DNA of 63,831 nucleotides, filler included, from Octopus bimaculoides (lineage: Eukaryota): assembly GCF_001194135.2 (NCBI RefSeq). It is 6 parts of 6 records of this genome, joined end to end, with 100 filler letters (N's around TTAATTAATTAA, not from the genome) between each part and the next. Parts side by side here need not be neighbours in the genome. Positions count along the whole stretch, not along the records: positions 1 to 15,391 come from NC_068988.1; positions 15,492 to 42,984 come from NC_068987.1; 4 more parts are not named here. One strand, written 5' to 3'. Under the pieces are notes generated by a model that was not told where the DNA came from, made no database searches, and saw only the letters and a program-made list of their open reading frames with translations. The translations under genes were made by a program, and so were the position numbers. Shown in pieces: positions 12,227 through 25,187 of this stretch (its first letter is position 1; each line of letters begins with the position of its first letter).

Positions 12227-12390
12227 AAGGCAGCGAGCTGGCAGGATCGTTAACACGTCGGGCGAAATGCTTAGCGGTATTTTGTCTGTCTTTACGTTCT
12301 GAGTTCAAATTCCGCCGAGGTCGACTTGCATTTCATCCTTTCGGGGTCAATAAATTAAGTACCAGTTGCGTACTAGGGTCGATCTAATTC
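12227..12390 (+). mobile_element. SINE family C, 3'-truncated
   Basis: GGCAGCGAGCTGGCAGGATCGTTAAC head, B-box-like GAGTTCAAATTCC, and the core motif. Confidence 0.9.
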
Positions 12391-12427
12391 ACGTACTATT
12401 AATCTTTAAAGAGAAAAGAACCTCCGC

Positions 12428-12718
12428 TACTTCGGTCATGAATGACCATGGAATTGCACCTAGAATGTTCCCCTCCGAGGCACAAGTCCTGGCAAGGTTG
12501 TTTGTGGAAGACCAGCAGTCACCCATGCATACCACGCTACTGGTGTTGTCCAAGGGAAAGGCAAAGGCCGATACAGCTTGGCACCAGTGACGTCACAACT
12601 CATTTCTACAGCTGAGTGAACTGGAACAACGTGAAATAAAGCGTCTTGCTCAAGAATACAACACGCTGCCTCTCGATTGTAAGCCCCGACGCTCTAACTA
12701 CCGAGCCATGCTCCTTCA
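12428..12718 (-). mobile_element. SINE family D with a deletion in the head
   Basis: Reverse complement of 15507-15839. Confidence 0.9.
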
Positions 12719-13329
12719 CATACTATATTTAATATTAGGGACCTGTCAAAGAGGGACCCAATCCACATTGTACCAAGGTATAACATATCATACACAAATT
12801 TACAAAGGTGTCAAATTTACTTACTTCTCTATTTTATTTATTTATTTATGTGTTTCAGCCAAGTGGCTGCGGTCATGCTGAAGTACAAAACTACTCGTGT
12901 TTAGGGGATGAGAAATGACAATGTAATGATTTCACGATTCTTTTTGTCAAATGGAAAACGTGCAGTGCAAAACCATTTCATTTCCTTGTCAGGATGTACG
13001 TTTAGCAAAGACAGCTATTTATATCGTAGAAATGGAAATCGTCACATTAAGCCAATGATCAACAGTCATAAATACTGAATCAAAACAAACTTGACTGTTA
13101 TTTTTAACAGGTCAAACGATCAAGAAAAGGTTTCTCTTGATTCGTATTTTGCACTTTAAAAGTAAACGGTTCATATTTTTAGTCTGGAAATGGTCTCGTG
13201 ACCTTTCATATAAACACTCTCCCACACTCTCTATGACAAATTGTTTGCGTGTTGCCGTTAATGCTGCTGCTGCTGCTACTGTTGTTGTTGTTGTTGCTGT
13301 TGCTGTGGTTGTTGCTGTTGTTGTTTTTA

Positions 13330-13550
13330 AGTTCTAGGTTTGCTACGACAGAGCAGACATATGATAAAAGGTGTTCCAGCCATGGCCATCACAACTTATT
13401 TCCAGACACATGTTAAATTGCATTATACATTTTCCGATATGGCGTTCGATTTTTTTTTCTTTTAAAGAAACGAATGTGTGATTTGAACGAAGGTTTGGCT
13501 GCTGTTTCTACCTAGCAGGTCTACCGACAACGTGGAGGTTCTCTCGATTG
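13330..13550 (+). mobile_element. Old interspersed repeat, family E
   Basis: Shares motifs with 10313-10545. Confidence 0.55.
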
Positions 13551-13606
13551 ATAGATAGGGCAGTTGTGGTAGCGGTGGTGGTGATGATGCGATGAAGACA
13601 ACGAAT

Positions 13607-13645
<39 letters not shown>

Positions 13646-13804
13646 TTGGTGACAACGGCGGCGGTGACAACGACGACGACGACGAGGCGATTCTTGTTTT
13701 AATGGGGAGCACATTGATAATCAATCCGTTGGAAACAGGTGTCGCTTACGGCTGGCTGAATGGGGACATCATTGATAAGGTATCAACGGTCTGATTTTTA
13801 CTTT

Positions 13805-13841
<37 letters not shown>

Positions 13842-13876
13842 TCTCTCTTTCTCTCTCTTTCTCTCTCTCTCTCTCC

Positions 13877-13910
<34 letters not shown>

Positions 13911-13963
13911 CTCTTCCTTTCTCTCTTTCTTTCTCTCTTTCTTTCTCTCTTTCTTTCTTTCTC

Positions 13964-14027
<64 letters not shown>

Positions 14028-14990
14028 NNNNNNNNNNNNNNNNNNNNNNNNNNNNNNNNNNNNNNNNNNNNNNNNNNNNNNNNNNNNNNNNNNNNNNNNN
14101 NNNNNNNNNNNNNNNNNNNNNNNNNNNNNNNNNNNNNNNNNNNNNNNNNNNNNNNNNNNNNNNNNNNNNNNNNNNNNNNNNNNNNNNNNNNNNNNNNNNN
14201 NNNNNNNNNNNNNNNNNNNNNNNNNNNNNNNNNNNNNNNNNNNNNNNNNNNNNNNNNNNNNNNNNNNNNNNNNNNNNNNNNNNNNNNNNNNNNNNNNNNN
14301 NNNNNNNNNNNNNNNNNNNNNNNNNNNNNNNNNNNNNNNNNNNNNNNNNNNNNNNNNNNNNNNNNNNNNNNNNNNNNNNNNNNNNNNNNNNNNNNNNNNN
14401 NNNNNNNNNNNNNNNNNNNNNNNNNNNNNNNNNNNNNNNNNNNNNNNNNNNNNNNNNNNNNNNNNNNNNNNNNNNNNNNNNNNNNNNNNNNNNNNNNNNN
14501 NNNNNNNNNNNNNNNNNNNNNNNNNNNNNNNNNNNNNNNNNNNNNNNNNNNNNNNNNNNNNNNNNNNNNNNNNNNNNNNNNNNNNNNNNNNNNNNNNNNN
14601 NNNNNNNNNNNNNNNNNNNNNNNNNNNNNNNNNNNNNNNNNNNNNNNNNNNNNNNNNNNNNNNNNNNNNNNNNNNNNNNNNNNNNNNNNNNNNNNNNNNN
14701 NNNNNNNNNNNNNNNNNNNNNNNNNNNNNNNNNNNNNNNNNNNNNNNNNNNNNNNNNNNNNNNNNNNNNNNNNNNNNNNNNNNNNNNNNNNNNNNNNNNN
14801 NNNNNNNNNNNNCCGCTGCCGCCGCTGCCGCCGCTGCCGCCGCTACCGCCGCTGCCGCCATTGTGACCGCTGCCGCCGCTACCAGAACCGCCCAGCACCA
14901 CCAGAACCACTACCACCACCGCCGCTGCCGCCGCCGCTGCCGCCGCCGCCACCACCACCACCAGTAACAACAACAACAACAACAACAGTA
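13805..14990. repeat. (CT)n/(TTTC)n, N gap, then GC-rich (CCGCTGCCG)n/(CCA)n/(CAA)n tract
   Basis: Directly visible. Confidence 0.9.
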
Positions 14991-15333
14991 TTAATCATTG
15001 CATCAACAATCTCTTTCCAACGCTAACACCTATCTCTCTTCCAATCAGCCCAATTTTGTATATCCTCCTCTGATGAGACTCCCTCCCCAGACGTCATCTC
15101 ATACTTCCACTGCAACCTCCTTCTCTTCCCCACCCCCACAACATCATCATCATCTCTCTAGCAACCCCTGTGATATTTAGTTAACCTGCCCACTTGTAAC
15201 CGAGAAAAACCAGGCTTTGTTGGTACTTCCAAACGTAAATACTCCATTCCTCTCTTTCATTCACCCTTTCACTTAGACACATACACACATACTCACACAT
15301 GTATGCATATCTCTCTCTCTCTCTCTCGCTCTC

Positions 15334-15391
<58 letters not shown>

Positions 15392-15435
15392 NNNNNNNNN
15401 NNNNNNNNNNNNNNNNNNNNNNNNNNNNNNNNNNN

Positions 15436-15447
15436 TTAATTAATTAA
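15436..15447. other. Assembly linker TTAATTAATTAA inside a 100-bp gap (44 N + 12 + 44 N); not biological
   Basis: The same 12-mer sits inside N gaps at 43029, 48638, 57412 and 62003. It places stop codons in all six frames. Confidence 0.97.
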
Positions 15448-15506
15448 NNNNNNNNNNNNNNNNNNNNNNNNNNNNNNNNNNNNNNNNNNNNGTGTTACTC
15501 TATTTT

Positions 15507-15839
15507 GGGCGCTTGGCTCAGTGGTTAGGGCGTCGAGCTTACGATCGTGAGGTTGTGAGTTCGAATCCAGGATCTTGCTGCGTATTGTGTTCTTGAGCAT
15601 GACACTTTATTTCACGTTGCTCCAGTTCACTCAGGTGTAGAAATGAATTGCGACGTCACAGGTGCCAAGCTGTATCGGCCCCTTTGCCTTTCCCTTGGAT
15701 AACACCGGTGGTGTGGAGAGGGGAGGTTGCTATGCATGGGCGACTGCTGGTCTTCCATAAACAAACTTGCCCGGACTTGTGCATGGGAAGGTAACTTTGT
15801 AGGTGCAATCCCATTTCAATCATGCTCGAAAGGGGTCTC
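15507..15839 (+). mobile_element. SINE family D, full length (~330 bp)
   Basis: A box TGGCTCAGTGG, B box GAGTTCGAATCC, centre TCTTGAGCATGACACTTTATTTCACGTTGCTCC, tail ...GAAAGGGGTCT. Confidence 0.92.
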
Positions 15840-17256
15840 AGCATATATATTTTGGGACGGTCATTGTCTTCTTGCCAAATAAACACACGCGCTATATATT
15901 CGTTCTTCACTCCTGTATTATTCTTATTTTAGCTTATGTCCATTGGAGTCCGGAAATCTTTCGTCACACATCTGTGAACTTCTCAGACACTCTTCTATCC
16001 CGCGTGTGCCCTCCTGTCCTGTTTAGTTCATTCTGTCTTTCTATGATGTGTATCCTAACCTGCACATATGTTTGCGTCTGTATGTGTGTGCGCGCGCGTG
16101 TGCATGCGTGTGTGCATGGTCTCAATTTGTTTTTTGTGTGTGTGTATATGAGTTTGCTTACTATATTGTTTGCATCTGTACCCTTTATAAAGTTTTTATT
16201 ATCTATTTACTTATTTACCTCTATTTCTTATATTTCATCATAAGTATGTGCACGTCTATTTGATATATACATATATGAATATATATATATGAATATGTAT
16301 ATATATTTATTAACATGTATATATACATACACGCATAAATATCTACAATGTACTTTCACACACACATACACACACACATAAACGATCGGATGCTGTTAAT
16401 AATTATGTTGCCAGTGAATAAAAAAATACACCCGTAGCTGGCATTGTCAGACTGAACCAAATAACTATTCCATCGTTTAGGATAAGATCTTTTAAGCGAT
16501 TAGTTGGAGATAAAAATATATCAATTCTGATACTTAAAGATTTAGGCTGTGTTTCGTGAGCAGTATTAACAGTTGCTCTAGTTAGGTTCAATAATGCCTA
16601 TACAACACTTCACTGAGTCTTTCCACCATATTGTCATGATGCACTGACAAGCCAAGGTTAGATACTTGCTCTATATTAAATAGACCCATGCAGCGAATGG
16701 CCTTACCAATTTTGAAAATGGTCAATGCCACTTGAAGATGATGTGCGATATGATCTTCAGGTAATCTCCAATCTCTATTTGTGTAACCCTGAGTCAGGTA
16801 GATTATCAGTGCTACTGGTTACGTGAAAACCGCACAAGTTGTTTTCTGGTCGGGTCACTGGCAATTAAGCATTCCCTATGAATGCTTAGTTGCTGGCAAT
16901 TCAAGCATTCCCTGTGAAATGTGTTGCTGAGCAACAAGCAACAAAACAAACAAACTATCTAGTAATTGGATTGGTGGATTCAGAATGGGATCAATGATTA
17001 GCTACCCATAGAGAAGAGAATAAGAATTTCCGGATCGGTGTTTGGTACGCAACAAGACTAGTGGGTATGGAGCTTTACCGAATTTCGATTGAAGCATCTC
17101 TGGATCTAAGTACTGAAATTGTAATGATTCTAGAGAGAAATTTGGTGGATGGTGGATGGACCTAGCTTTATTCACGTTTGTGTTTTGTTCTTTTCATTAG
17201 TTACTGACAACTTCCATTTTCATTATTTTGAATTACACACACATACGTGCGCGCGC

Positions 17257-17288
<32 letters not shown>

Positions 17289-17799
17289 AGGAGAGNNNNN
17301 NNNNNNNNNNNNNNNNNNNNNNNNNNNNNNNNNNNNNNNNNNNNNNNNNNNNNNNNNNNNNNNNNNNNNNNNNNNNNNNNNNNNNNNNNNNNNNNNNNNN
17401 NNNNNNNNNNNNNNNNNNNNNNNNNNNNNNNNNNNNNNNNNNNNNNNNNNNNNNNNNNNNNNNNNNNNNNNNNNNNNNNNNNNNNNNNNNNNNNNNNNNN
17501 NNNNNNNNNNNNNNNNNNNNNNNNNNNNNNNNNNNNNNNNNNNNNNNNNNNNNNNNNNNNNNNNNNNNNNNNNNNNNNNAAATTGTTTTGAATATATATA
17601 TTGTATATATATATTTGAAGGTTTGGAGGTGATGTACAGAAATTATATAGAAAAAAATTAATTAAGATACTCAGAAACCTGGATGTTTGTACATTTACAG
17701 ATTTTTATTAATGTCACATATTAAATGAAGCGCTTTTCACCTAGTCGTGTAGGTTTTTCAAATTGTTTTGAATATATATATTGTATATATATATTTACA

Positions 17800-17870
<71 letters not shown>

Positions 17871-18993
17871 ATTTATCTATCTATACAACATTACATACAA
17901 CATTACATACAAACACATATATGTATGTACACACGTGATAGCATATTGAACAGTGAATTCAAAGTTTCGCCTGTGATCGTCGTATTATGCAACACAGTAC
18001 ATGGAATACTTACATAAGCTCACACATGCAAACACACAGATTTATATAACATGACGTACGCATACATACATCATTTATATATGTAAATGTATGCACACAA
18101 ATACAAACGCAAAAATAATGAGTGTGTTGATTCTGGATGTTTATAGTCTGTGAAACAGATTCACAAAATACTTTTCGAAGTTACTGATGGTTTAATTAAG
18201 TTTACCTTTAAACCATAAACAAACTTTGGAATCTATAATTAAATCGTATTAAATCAATGAATTTAAGATGTATGTGTCGTATAATGAATCCTGATTTCGT
18301 TTAGGCTTTGAAATCTTCAATCTATCGCTTTAATTATTTTATTTCTCTTGAGAATTAAAGTTTCCTAAGAATTTATTCGGAAGAAATCCTATCAATTGTA
18401 AATACAATTTGTTGCCAACAAGTAACATAATGCCTTATAGCCTATAATAAGGATGACACTAATCACAACAGATGTGGATAATTTATAAGAAAGTTACTAT
18501 CAACTTGTAAACCGATAAGAGTTGAATTCGAATAAATTTGGTTATCCTAGCGCCTGATGAAATTACGAAATCTTACACGATCTATCAAATTGTTATATGT
18601 GTCTACGCAAATATATATAAGCTCTTGATGAGCTTTTGATAAACTCTTGAAGCCGGTTGGAATGTAAAAAGATTTAATATACCTAAATGAAATACTACAC
18701 CAGCTTTTTGTCTTTTAATTTTTCCAAGAAAATAATTACAAGTGTTTTAACATTATTGCGCATTTTCACCCACCCCAAATATGTGTGTGAGTCAGTATGT
18801 ATTATGCACTTATATGTGTGTCTGTGGCTCTTTTCTCGTGATTAATTTCATTATGTAGTCATGTGTACAAATGATTTCAAAGCATTTTTTTTACTTTGCT
18901 CTTAGGAAACCATTTTGATATTGACCTATCACTGATTTTCCTAATCGTTTTATAATTTTATTTTCGCCTCGAAAAGTATTTTACAGAAATATT

Positions 18994-19195
18994 AAATCGA
19001 CCCCAATACATGAATTGTACTTTATTTCATACACTCCTGTGGTTAATTAGTATTTTATCTTATAAATCTCCCGGAAAACAGAAAGGTAAATTTGGTCCTG
19101 GCAGGATTTGAACCCAGACCGTAAAGAGCCGTAACCAAACTGCATAAAGTATTTATTTTGTGCAAGGCTCTGTAGATTTTGCCAATCAACGGCGT
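18994..19195 (-). mobile_element. SINE family C, strongly diverged
   Basis: AAATCGACCCCA...GGCAGGATTTGAACCCAGACCGTAAAGA. Confidence 0.6.
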
Positions 19196-19289
19196 TACAT
19201 TTGACTAGACAGAACCTATCATACTATATTCTAGTGAATGGAACAACTAATCCAGATCAGTTAATGATTTCTTAATCACATTAACGACC

Positions 19290-19400
19290 TTACTCCTAAG
19301 TCAACGAAAGACCCTCTACCTGGTCGCATAAGATACTAGAAATAGCAGCTATATTTTTCCAAAATTCACATCCTACAATTTTTTAAAACGACATGCACAG
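19290..19400 (-). mobile_element. Family E fragment
   Basis: The reverse complement contains GCTGCTATTTCTAG...GACCAGGTAGAGGGTCTTTCG. Confidence 0.5.
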
Positions 19401-19975
19401 ACAATCTCATAAAATAATATAATAATAAAATAAAATAATATTATTCTATTATTTTATGATTATTAATTTGTATTTTATTATAATTCTTTTTAGTATATTT
19501 ACTTATTAAATTTTTCTATATGTGACTGTGGATTTTCATGGATGAGTTCATGAACTTGGTTCTTTTCTCTAAATTATATATANNNNNNNNNNNNNNNNNN
19601 NNNNNNNNNNNNNNNNNNNNNNNNNNNNNNNNNNNNNNNNNNNNNNNNNNNNNNNNNNNNNNNNNNNNNNNNNNNNNNNNNNNNNNNNNNNNNNNNNNNN
19701 NNNNNNNNNNNNNNNNNNNNNNNNNNNNNNNNNNNNNNNNNNNNNNNNNNNNNNNNNNNNNNNNNNNNNNNNNNNNNNNNNNNNNNNNNNNNNNNNNNNN
19801 NNNNNNNNNNNNNNNNNNNNNNNNNNNNNNNNNNNNNNNNNNNNNNNNNNNNNNNNNNNNNNNNNNNNNNNNNNNNNNNNNNNNNNNNNNNNNNNNNNNN
19901 NNNNNNNNNNNNNNNNNNNNNNNNNNNNNNNNNNNNNNNNNNNNNNNNNNNNNNNNNNNNNNNNNNNNNNNNNNN

Positions 19976-20067
<92 letters not shown>

Positions 20068-20780
20068 ATATGTGTGTGTGTGTTTGTGTGTATAGTCGTG
20101 AATGCATATATAGTATAGACATCAATACACAATGTACTCTCATATAATTACGTACTACTTAGAAATGAAATAATTTTTTCGTTACGCTATTAATTTCTAT
20201 AATTACACTATATTCAATAGTTAATTTCACAAACGTTTTACTTGTACCGCGAAATTATTCTGCACCACCAACACATCCACTAATAATTTCTCGTTTGGTT
20301 TGAAAGGTCCAAGAAGCAATCGAGTTAGCCATTAGCTGAGTGCGATGCACAGGTGCCCGTAGCTAGTAAGTGCATCTTCACTAGAAGTCTTCGTTCGTCA
20401 GTCACACTAATTGAGGTTAAAGAGAAGTGTCAATGTCGAGGAAGAAGATTTTTTCATAGTGGGGTAAATAGTTTGGCCAGAAGTTGCTAATACATACATA
20501 CATACATACATACATACATACGTACGTACATACATACATACATGCATACATACATGCATACATACATGCATACATACATACATATACAACATACATATGT
20601 ATTTACAAGTATATATACGTATACATACAAATACTTATTTACATACACACATACATATGTGTGTGTATGTGGTGATTATGAGTACCCATGTGTGTCCTTG
20701 CTTCTGTGTATATGCATATGCATATCCATCGATCCATACCAACATATATGTATATATATATACATACATACATACATACG

Positions 20781-20828
<48 letters not shown>

Positions 20829-21123
20829 NNNNNNNNNNNNNNNNNNNNNNNNNNNNNNNNNNNNNNNNNNNNNNNNNNNNNNNNNNNNNNNNNNNNNNNN
20901 NNNNNNNNNNNNNNNNNNNNNNNNNNNNNNNNNNNNNNNNNNNNNNNNNNNNNNNNNNNNNNNNNNNNNNNNNNNNNNNNNNNNNNNNNNNNNNNNNNNN
21001 NNNNNNNNNNNNNNNNNNNNNNNNNNNNNNNNNNNNNNNNNNNNNNNNNNNNNNNNNNNNNNNNNNNNNNNNNNNNNNNNNNNNNNNNNNNNNNNNNNNN
21101 NNNNNNNNNNNNNNNNNNNNNNN

Positions 21124-21166
<43 letters not shown>

Positions 21167-22032
21167 TTATGTACGCATACATGTATATATATGTATTTAT
21201 ACACGCACGCACACACACGTATGTATGTATCTGTTATGTGTGTGTGTGTATTTATACAAGCATTCAAAAGCTTGGATATATAAAATAACGTACGCCAGTG
21301 TGTGACTTTCTTTTCCCCACTTTCTCTAAACATGCATACACATACACACATACATACATACATGCGTACATACATATATACATACATATATACATACACA
21401 CAAACGCGCACGCACTCATGCACTCATGCACTCACACTCACACACAGCACACAACACGCGCACACACACATACCCCTGAGACCATATTCGTTCTTGCAGA
21501 CATCATCTCTTGACACAAACCTTTGCTTCATTCGCAGCTGATGTGTTTAAGACAGGCCTGAGTGAAACTAAGTAGCAATTAGTGCAGATGGACTAAGGCC
21601 AGGTTGGAACACATACCTAGCAGGTAATGATGAATTAATAGAGGAGGGTCAGTGTCGGAGGAAGGATCGGAGGAGGGTGAGAAAAACACTAATATTTGCT
21701 CAGAGTGCAATGAAAAGAAAAATAGAAAGATCTCTGGGCAAGATATTCACAGGAACCAAATTACAGGAGAGTTTGTGCAACATTTAAGTGTAGCATCATA
21801 TAGGTTGTTGTTGTTGTTTTTGTTGTCAGCGTTGTTAAATGCACACAAAAGCAGCATCACATAAGCTAACAAACATAGTCAGTCACACATACAACTACAC
21901 ACATTCATATATTCACACACGTACACACGTACACGTACACACACGTATATATGATTAATTTTTATTGTACACACGGACATTATTTCACGCGCGTTTACAC
22001 TCAAATATTGAAACCTCCTTCTGACTAATGTT

Positions 22033-22084
<52 letters not shown>

Positions 22085-22784
22085 NNNNNNNNNNNNNNNN
22101 NNNNNNNNNNNNNNNNNNNNNNNNNNNNNNNNNNNNNNNNNNNNNNNNNNNNNNNNNNNNNNNNNNNNNNNNNNNNNNNNNNNNNNNNNNNNNNNNNNNN
22201 NNNNNNNNNNNNNNNNNNNNNNNNNNNNNNNNNNNNNNNNNNNNNNNNNNNNNNNNNNNNNNNNNNNNNNNNNNNNNNNNNNNNNNNNNNNNNNNNNNNN
22301 NNNNNNNNNNNNNNNNNNNNNNNNNNNNNNNNNNNNNNNNNNNNNNNNNNNNNNNNNNNNNNNNNNNNNNNNNNNNNNNNNNNNNNNNNNNNNNNNNNNN
22401 NNNNNNNNNNNNNNNNNNNNNNNNNNNNNNNNNNNNNNNNNNNNNNNNNNNNNNNNNNNNNNNNNNNNNNNNNNNNNNNNNNNNNNNNNNNNNNNNNNNN
22501 NNNNNNNNNNNNNNNNNNNNNNNNNNNNNNNNNNNNNNNNNNNNNNNNNNNNNNNNNNNNNNNNNNNNNNNNNNNNNNNNNNNNNNNNNNNNNNNNNNNN
22601 NNNNNNNNNNNNNNNNNNNNNNNNNNNNNNNNNNNNNNNNNNNNNNNNNNNNNNNNNNNNNNNNNNNNNNNNNNNNNNNNNNNNNNNNNNNNNNNNNNNN
22701 NNNNNNNNNNNNNNNNNNNNTATATATATTTATATATATATATTTATATATATACGCACACACATATATGCATATATTTATTTG

Positions 22785-23000
22785 TGTGTGTGCCTTTGTG
22801 TTTGTGTTTGTCCCCCCCCCCACCGTCGCCTGACAACCAATGTTGGTGTGTTTATGTCCCCGTAATTTAGTGGTTTAGCAAAATAGGCCGATAGAATAAG
22901 TACCAAGCTTACAAAGAATAAGTCCTGGGGTCGAGTCTTTCGGACTAAAAGGTGGTGCTCCAGCACGGCAGCAGTCAAATGACTGAAACAAGCAAAAGAG
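22785..23000 (+). mobile_element. SINE family B, 3' half
   Basis: GTGTTTGTCCCCCCC...GACAACCAATGTTGGTG...GGTGCTCCAGCACGGCAGCAGTCAAATGACTGAAACAAG. Confidence 0.88.
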
Positions 23001-23009
23001 TACAAGCGA

Positions 23010-23060
<51 letters not shown>

Positions 23061-24329
23061 ACATAAATAATATATAATTATATATAATTATATACATATA
23101 TCCATACATATATGTACATACCTACATCTATATGTATACATACATGCATATATGGGTGCAGGATATCACAAAAAACGTTAAACACAATGAGAAAGGAAAA
23201 CATAAAGACGANNNNNNNNNNNNNNNNNNNNNNNNNNNNNNNNNNNNNNNNNNNNNNNNNNNNNNNNNNNNNNNNNNNNNNNNNNNNNNNNNNNNNNNNN
23301 NNNNNNNNNNNNNNNNNNNNNNNNNNNNNNNNNNNNNNNNNNNNNNNNNNNNNNNNNNNNNNNNNNNNNNNNNNNNNNNNNNNNNNNNNNNNNNNNNNNN
23401 NNNNNNNNNNNNNNNNNNNNNNNNNNNNNNNNNNNNNNNNNNNNNNNNNNNNNNNNNNNNNNNNNNNNNNNNNNNNNNNNNNNNNNNNNNNNNNNNNNNN
23501 NNNNNNNNNNNNNNNNNNNNNNNNNNNNNNNNNNNNNNNNNNNNNNNNNNNNNNNNNNNNNNNNNNNNNNNNNNNNNNNNNNNNNNNNNNNNNNNNNNNN
23601 NNNNNNNNNNNNNNNNNNNNNNNNNNNNNNNNNNNNNNNNNNNNNNNNNNATATATATATGAGTACACACACACACACACATATACGTGCATACCTGCCT
23701 ATATACATATATTCATACCTGCATATACATACGACCACACGTATGGCAATCAGATTAAAAGATTAAAACGATTTTGTTACATAGATTTATTGAAGTTTAC
23801 GATTGCTTCGAATGGTTAGAGAATCTCCCTCATTGTAACGCATAGTTAATTTATCAATCGATCAACAAATAAATAAAACTGTCAACCCCCAACCATCGCC
23901 GCCATACCTTAAAGTCGTAATGGTAGATTATTTTATGATGTTTCCAGTAACCATAAACAGTGATAAAAGACAATTAGGAAGATCGTTGGTATCTCAGTTA
24001 TTTCATTAACGATAGTTTCATCAGTTGATAATCAATACTCAATAATTAGAACAAATATCGATCACCAACCGCGTCATCAGATAGCATAGTGAAATGCGAT
24101 TCATCGAAGCAACTTTAGCTTTATATTTAGACATGAATTATGTATCAACAAATGATACGAAAAAAAGGAAGTGAGAGCGAAAGCATCGCAATAAGACAAG
24201 TAATAAAAGCTATTACATAAATGTCCAAAAGAATGTTTCGCTGTTCGAGTGATGAGGTTAAGTAGTCAAGACGATACGCTTATAAAAGTAACTCATTGAA
24301 ATAACTTAGGCCATAAATGAACAGCAAAA

Positions 24330-24488
24330 GGGGTTACATAGGTAGAGGAAAAAATAGTGGGATGAAGATTGTCCAAAACAAATATTATAATACCTACTGC
24401 AGGGGGCACACATCATTGCCACCTCTGTACAAAAGATTGTAAGCCCCTAACGGGACTGAAGAGCCATATCGGTGCTTCTCATGTTTAA
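24330..24488 (+). mobile_element. Decayed LINE (RTE-like) ORF end with a C2H2-type zinc finger
   Basis: AKGVT*VEEKIVG*RLSKTNIIIPTAGGTHHCHLCTKDCKPLTGLKSHIGASHV*: C-x2-C-x12-H-x4-H right before the stop, with in-frame stops upstream. Confidence 0.45.
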
Positions 24489-24758
24489 GAAAACAATCAA
24501 GCGATGTAATTATTCGACATCGAGGCTGTGATAAATCTTTTTGCACATCTTTGGTTCCTCACTGTTTGATTAGCAACATCTATCTTATAGGGCTTCCTTT
24601 AGAGTTTAGATAGTATAAACAGCCAATCGATGAATACAAGAACTACTCAAATACTGAGCACAATTGAAGCGACCAGACAACTTATTCAAAATTTGAGTAT
24701 GCATTCCAGCGTAAGTAGCCGATATTTTGATAGTGAGGCTAATAGCAGATGTATGGGT

Positions 24759-24978
24759 AAGGCGGTGAGCTGGAAGAATCGTTAGCACACCGGCCGAAAT
24801 GCTTATCGGTATTACGCCTGTCTTTATGTTCTGTGTTCAAATTCCGCCGAGGTCAACTTTGCCTTTCATCCTTTCGGAGTCGATAAATTAAGTACCAGTT
24901 GAGTACTGGTGTCAATGGGAATGACTGTCCCCCTCCCCACAAAATCCAGGTCGTGTGCCGTGTGCCTATAGTAGAAAA
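24759..24978 (+). mobile_element. SINE family C, full length (GTAGAAAA tail)
   Basis: Head, B-box-like GTTCAAATTCC, core and tail all present. Confidence 0.9.
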
Positions 24979-24980
24979 AA

Positions 24981-25187
24981 AAGGCGGTGAGATGGTTAGC
25001 ACGCCGGACAACATGCTCAACGTCATTTCACTCGTTTTTATGATTTGAGTTCAAATTCCGACTGTGCCTCTCATACTTTCGGGGTCGATAAAATAAGTAC
25101 CAGTTACGTCCTGGGGTCGATGTGATCGTCCTTACCCTCTCCCCTGAAATTGCTGACCTTGTGCCAAAATTTGAAGCCAATATTGAG
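24981..25187 (+). mobile_element. SINE family C, second tandem copy (AAATTTGAAGCCAA tail)
   Basis: Begins AAGGCGGTGAG directly after the A-tail of the previous copy. Confidence 0.85.

Noticed and set aside
14813-15180. GC-rich poly-Ala/Pro/His stretch resembling a transcription-factor exon
   Set aside because: It is continuous with simple repeats, with no splice signals or domain I can support; similar tracts occur throughout the window.
15436-15447. Recurrent palindromic TTAATTAATTAA (5 copies)
   Set aside because: It always sits in the middle of a 100-bp N gap, so it is an assembly linker, not a genomic motif.
17580-17796. Exact 37-bp direct repeat 180 bp apart
   Set aside because: It is AT-rich and begins at a gap edge, so an assembly or gap-fill artefact cannot be excluded.
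18553-18655. Other CTGATGA/TTGATGA hammerhead-like starts (also about 28795 and 29074)
   Set aside because: They lack a properly paired stem II and/or the GAAAC element and are too degenerate to call.
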